From the NCBI RefSeq assembly GCF_008000775.2, contig NZ_CP042905.2:2730001-2762000 (forward strand): 32,000 nucleotides of DNA. The letters are read 5' to 3'. Below the pieces are notes generated by a model. The model was not told where the DNA came from and did not search any database. It worked only from the letters and a program-made list of their open reading frames with translations. Position numbers and translations under genes: made by a program. This stretch comes from Promethearchaeum syntrophicum (GTDB lineage Archaea > Asgardarchaeota > Lokiarchaeia > Sigyniarchaeales > Promethearchaeaceae). The stretch's first letter is position 1. Each line of letters starts with the position of its first letter. This document shows positions 29,746-32,000 of the stretch, piece by piece.

Positions 29746-32000
29746 ATGACAAAACTTGAAGAAGAAATTAAGAATTTTGCGCTTATTAAACGACAAAAAT
29801 TATTATCAAAGAAATTTAACGATAATAAATATATTCAACAGATGAGGCAAGAAAAACATCAATACTTCCTAAAAATAATTGGAAAAAGAGAAAGTATTCC
29901 TAAATGGCAACCGATTGCGAAATCTCTTATTTTATTTTTAGTTTCTATTAAAGAAATTAAAAATCAAATTGATCTTGACAAAATAAGAAAAGAGAGCCCT
30001 TTTTTAAAAAAATATTTAAGAGATAGTCAATTCACAAGTTATTTTAAAGAAAATACATATACTGGAGATAGTATTAGACAATTACTTTCAGATGATATTC
30101 AAAATAAAGTTGATTTAAAACTACAAAAAGAAAAAATAGTTAAAGAACTTGAATCAAAAAAAAAAAAAGATATCTTGGACTTAGAGAGAAAAAAAAAAAA
30201 ACTTATTATTACTGAAAAAAAGAAGAAAGAAGAAATAAAAACATATTTTGAAGAAAAAGAAAAAAATTTTAAATCAATTATCGATGAATCTAAAGAAGAA
30301 TCAGTCGAAAAATTAATAAATTCATACAAAAAAAAATCCAAACCATTTTATTGCTCTGAAGAATGGTGGGAAAGGCTAAATCTTGACGCAAATCCATTTC
30401 CAGGAAATAACATTGGATTACAAGGAATTGATAAGTCCTTATATGAAGAAATTATAATTAAACTCCCTATATATGACAAATATACAAATATTATTGTTAA
30501 TAATCGAAAAAATCTTTTTGGAAAATCTATTTTTCTTTATGCCGATTATGGTGGAGGTAAATCAACTTTTTTTGATTATTTAAATATTGAAATTTTAAAT
30601 GCTGATATTTTACCAATTAAAATATTAATAGATCCAGATATTGATGCTTTCGATATAAAAAAAAATTTTCGAAAACGTTTATACTACAAAATTTCGAAGG
30701 AATTTATTAAAAAATTTGGAGTTTTACCCGATAATGATTATAATATAGAAAATACAGTAAAAAAAATGCAACAACTTATTGATTCAACATTTTATTCTGG
30801 ATTTGTTATCTTTATCGATGGAATTCACAAAACAACCAACCCCAAAGCATCTTTGGAATTTTTGAAGTTGCTTCAAAATACTATTGAATATTTTTTTGAT
30901 GAAGATTTAAAAGTATGCTTAATCGTAGCAGGTAAAAAGGAATGGATAGATCAATTAAAGAAAGGTGGTGAATATTCAGGATCATTTACTATATTTGAAG
31001 AAATGCAAAATCCAAATCCAATACAAGCTTATGAAATGATATATAAAAGATTGAAAGCTTTTTCAAATTCTGAACTATCTTTTGAGAGATATATAAATGA
31101 AAATGATATAAAAAACTTAATTCAAATTATCAGAGAAGAATACAAAAGAAATATTACATTTAGAGATATTATCCAAGAATTCACAGAAAGAATTAAAACT
31201 GATAAACTGGGTCAAATAAAATTATATCTCCGTTTAAATGAAAATGATTTATTTAAAATTTTAGAAAGATTCAAGGTAAATGAAGAAATTTTTTCAAGTT
31301 TAAAAGAAATCTCTCCAAAAAACTACCCAAAAGAAATTTTAAATCTCTTAGGGATAATTGATCAAGAACAAGGGATTCACGAAAATTCAGATTGGTTTAA
31401 AGATAACATAGATTTATTTTCAATACTCTCTAAAAATAACTTAATAATGAAGAAATCTTCTTCTTCTTCGTTTAAATGGATTTTAAAGAAAAAATTTGGA
31501 AAATTGGTTAAAAATATTGAAGAAGATTATGGATACCAATTGAGGCATTATATAAATGATCTATTTACTCTTAGAAAACCGGATCATCAATCTTTTGAAA
31601 ACCAAGTGTTTGAAGAATTAGAAAAACTGAAAAAACTTGCCTATGCTATTGAGCCTTATAAATCTGATTTACTAAATACATACAATTATATAAATGAACC
31701 TTATATGAAGTTATTAAAAGCTTTAAAATATGAAACCTCCTATAAAAATGAAGGATATAAAGGAATTGTTGAACATTCAGAATTTATTTTAATGAGACTT
31801 CTTAATAATATTAAAAAAATAACAAACGAATACGTTTCCCCAGATATTACCCCTGATTTAATTCAAGATTTTAGTCAATCATGGTTATCTAACCAATATT
31901 TAACTGATTTCATTATAGAATTAAATGATCTTAAATCCAAACAGATTTTAATAAAATCTGAAAGAGAAAAATATCTTGTTTCATTTAAAAAATGCTTTAC
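29746..32000 (+). CDS. Large P-loop NTPase (AAA/ORC/STAND-like) with N-terminal Lys-rich coiled coil; partial, runs off the window
   Basis: My own translation from ATG 29746 is open to the window end (>=750 aa). Walker A YADYGGGKST (~30541-30564), Walker B GFVIFIDG (~30799-30822), LNLDANPFPGNNIGLQGIDKSLYEE upstream. Not in the supplied ORF track because it has no stop inside the window. Confidence 0.85.
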   Translation, partial: MTKLEEEIKNFALIKRQKLLSKKFNDNKYIQQMRQEKHQYFLKIIGKRESIPKWQPIAKSLILFLVSIKEIKNQIDLDKIRKESPFLKKYLRDSQFTSYFKENTYTGDSIRQLLSDDIQNKVDLKLQKEKIVKELESKKKKDILDLERKKKKLIITEKKKKEEIKTYFEEKEKNFKSIIDESKEESVEKLINSYKKKSKPFYCSEEWWERLNLDANPFPGNNIGLQGIDKSLYEEIIIKLPIYDKYTNIIVNNRKNLFGKSIFLYADYGGGKSTFFDYLNIEILNADILPIKILIDPDIDAFDIKKNFRKRLYYKISKEFIKKFGVLPDNDYNIENTVKKMQQLIDSTFYSGFVIFIDGIHKTTNPKASLEFLKLLQNTIEYFFDEDLKVCLIVAGKKEWIDQLKKGGEYSGSFTIFEEMQNPNPIQAYEMIYKRLKAFSNSELSFERYINENDIKNLIQIIREEYKRNITFRDIIQEFTERIKTDKLGQIKLYLRLNENDLFKILERFKVNEEIFSSLKEISPKNYPKEILNLLGIIDQEQGIHENSDWFKDNIDLFSILSKNNLIMKKSSSSSFKWILKKKFGKLVKNIEEDYGYQLRHYINDLFTLRKPDHQSFENQVFEELEKLKKLAYAIEPYKSDLLNTYNYINEPYMKLLKALKYETSYKNEGYKGIVEHSEFILMRLLNNIKKITNEYVSPDITPDLIQDFSQSWLSNQYLTDFIIELNDLKSKQILIKSEREKYLVSFKKCF

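Noticed and set aside
29605-29796. 63-aa minus-strand ORF MSFNKRKILNFFFKFCHIRILFFLL
   Set aside because: Low-complexity antisense of AT-rich spacer overlapping the true start at 29746.
30121-30300. A-runs up to 12 nt inside the NTPase gene, considered as programmed frameshift or frame-breaking sites
   Set aside because: Frame remains open through them and continues coherently into the ATPase domain; they simply encode Lys-rich coiled coil.
1-32000. Search for CRISPR arrays, tRNA and rRNA genes
   Set aside because: No regularly spaced repeats, tRNA-like cloverleaf signatures or conserved rRNA segments were seen by eye; a tRNAscan/Infernal run would be needed to exclude small RNAs fully.

Overview
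AT-rich archaeal window, probably Asgard-lineage. That placement is an inference from the Rag/Gtr-like GTPase, the secreted PKD-type protein and the general gene style. I see no rRNA, tRNA or CRISPR array. Housekeeping and accessory genes include a DNA alkylation repair (AlkD-like) protein, a PHP-domain hydrolase, a double GNAT, an MBL-fold hydrolase, a YgbA-like protein, a Rag/Gtr-like GTPase with a C-terminal extension, a ferredoxin-nitroreductase, an SDR epimerase, a PAS-PAS-HK-REC hybrid kinase, a YprB-like exonuclease and a CpXC Zn protein. From about 17.2 to 22.9 kb there is a small defence/toxin-antitoxin-like neighbourhood: an OLD-family ATPase-TOPRIM nuclease, an 80-aa ORF overlapping a degenerate nucleotidyltransferase, a recombinase-N-domain-like protein without a visible catalytic domain, and a MntA/HepT pair. 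The most striking structural observation is a ~167-bp direct repeat (22944-23111 and 27260-27426). It duplicates the 5' end of an enoyl-CoA hydratase gene on either side of a ~4.1-kb cassette (CPBP protease plus PKD surface protein). The distal copy has a broken 5' end, while the proximal copy keeps an intact one, so recombination would restore a full-length gene. A large P-loop NTPase ORF missing from the supplied track starts at 29746 and runs off the window. I did not find a system that I can call clearly new. The best candidates are the split enoyl-CoA hydratase cassette, the degenerate nucleotidyltransferase pair, and the partial coiled-coil NTPase.
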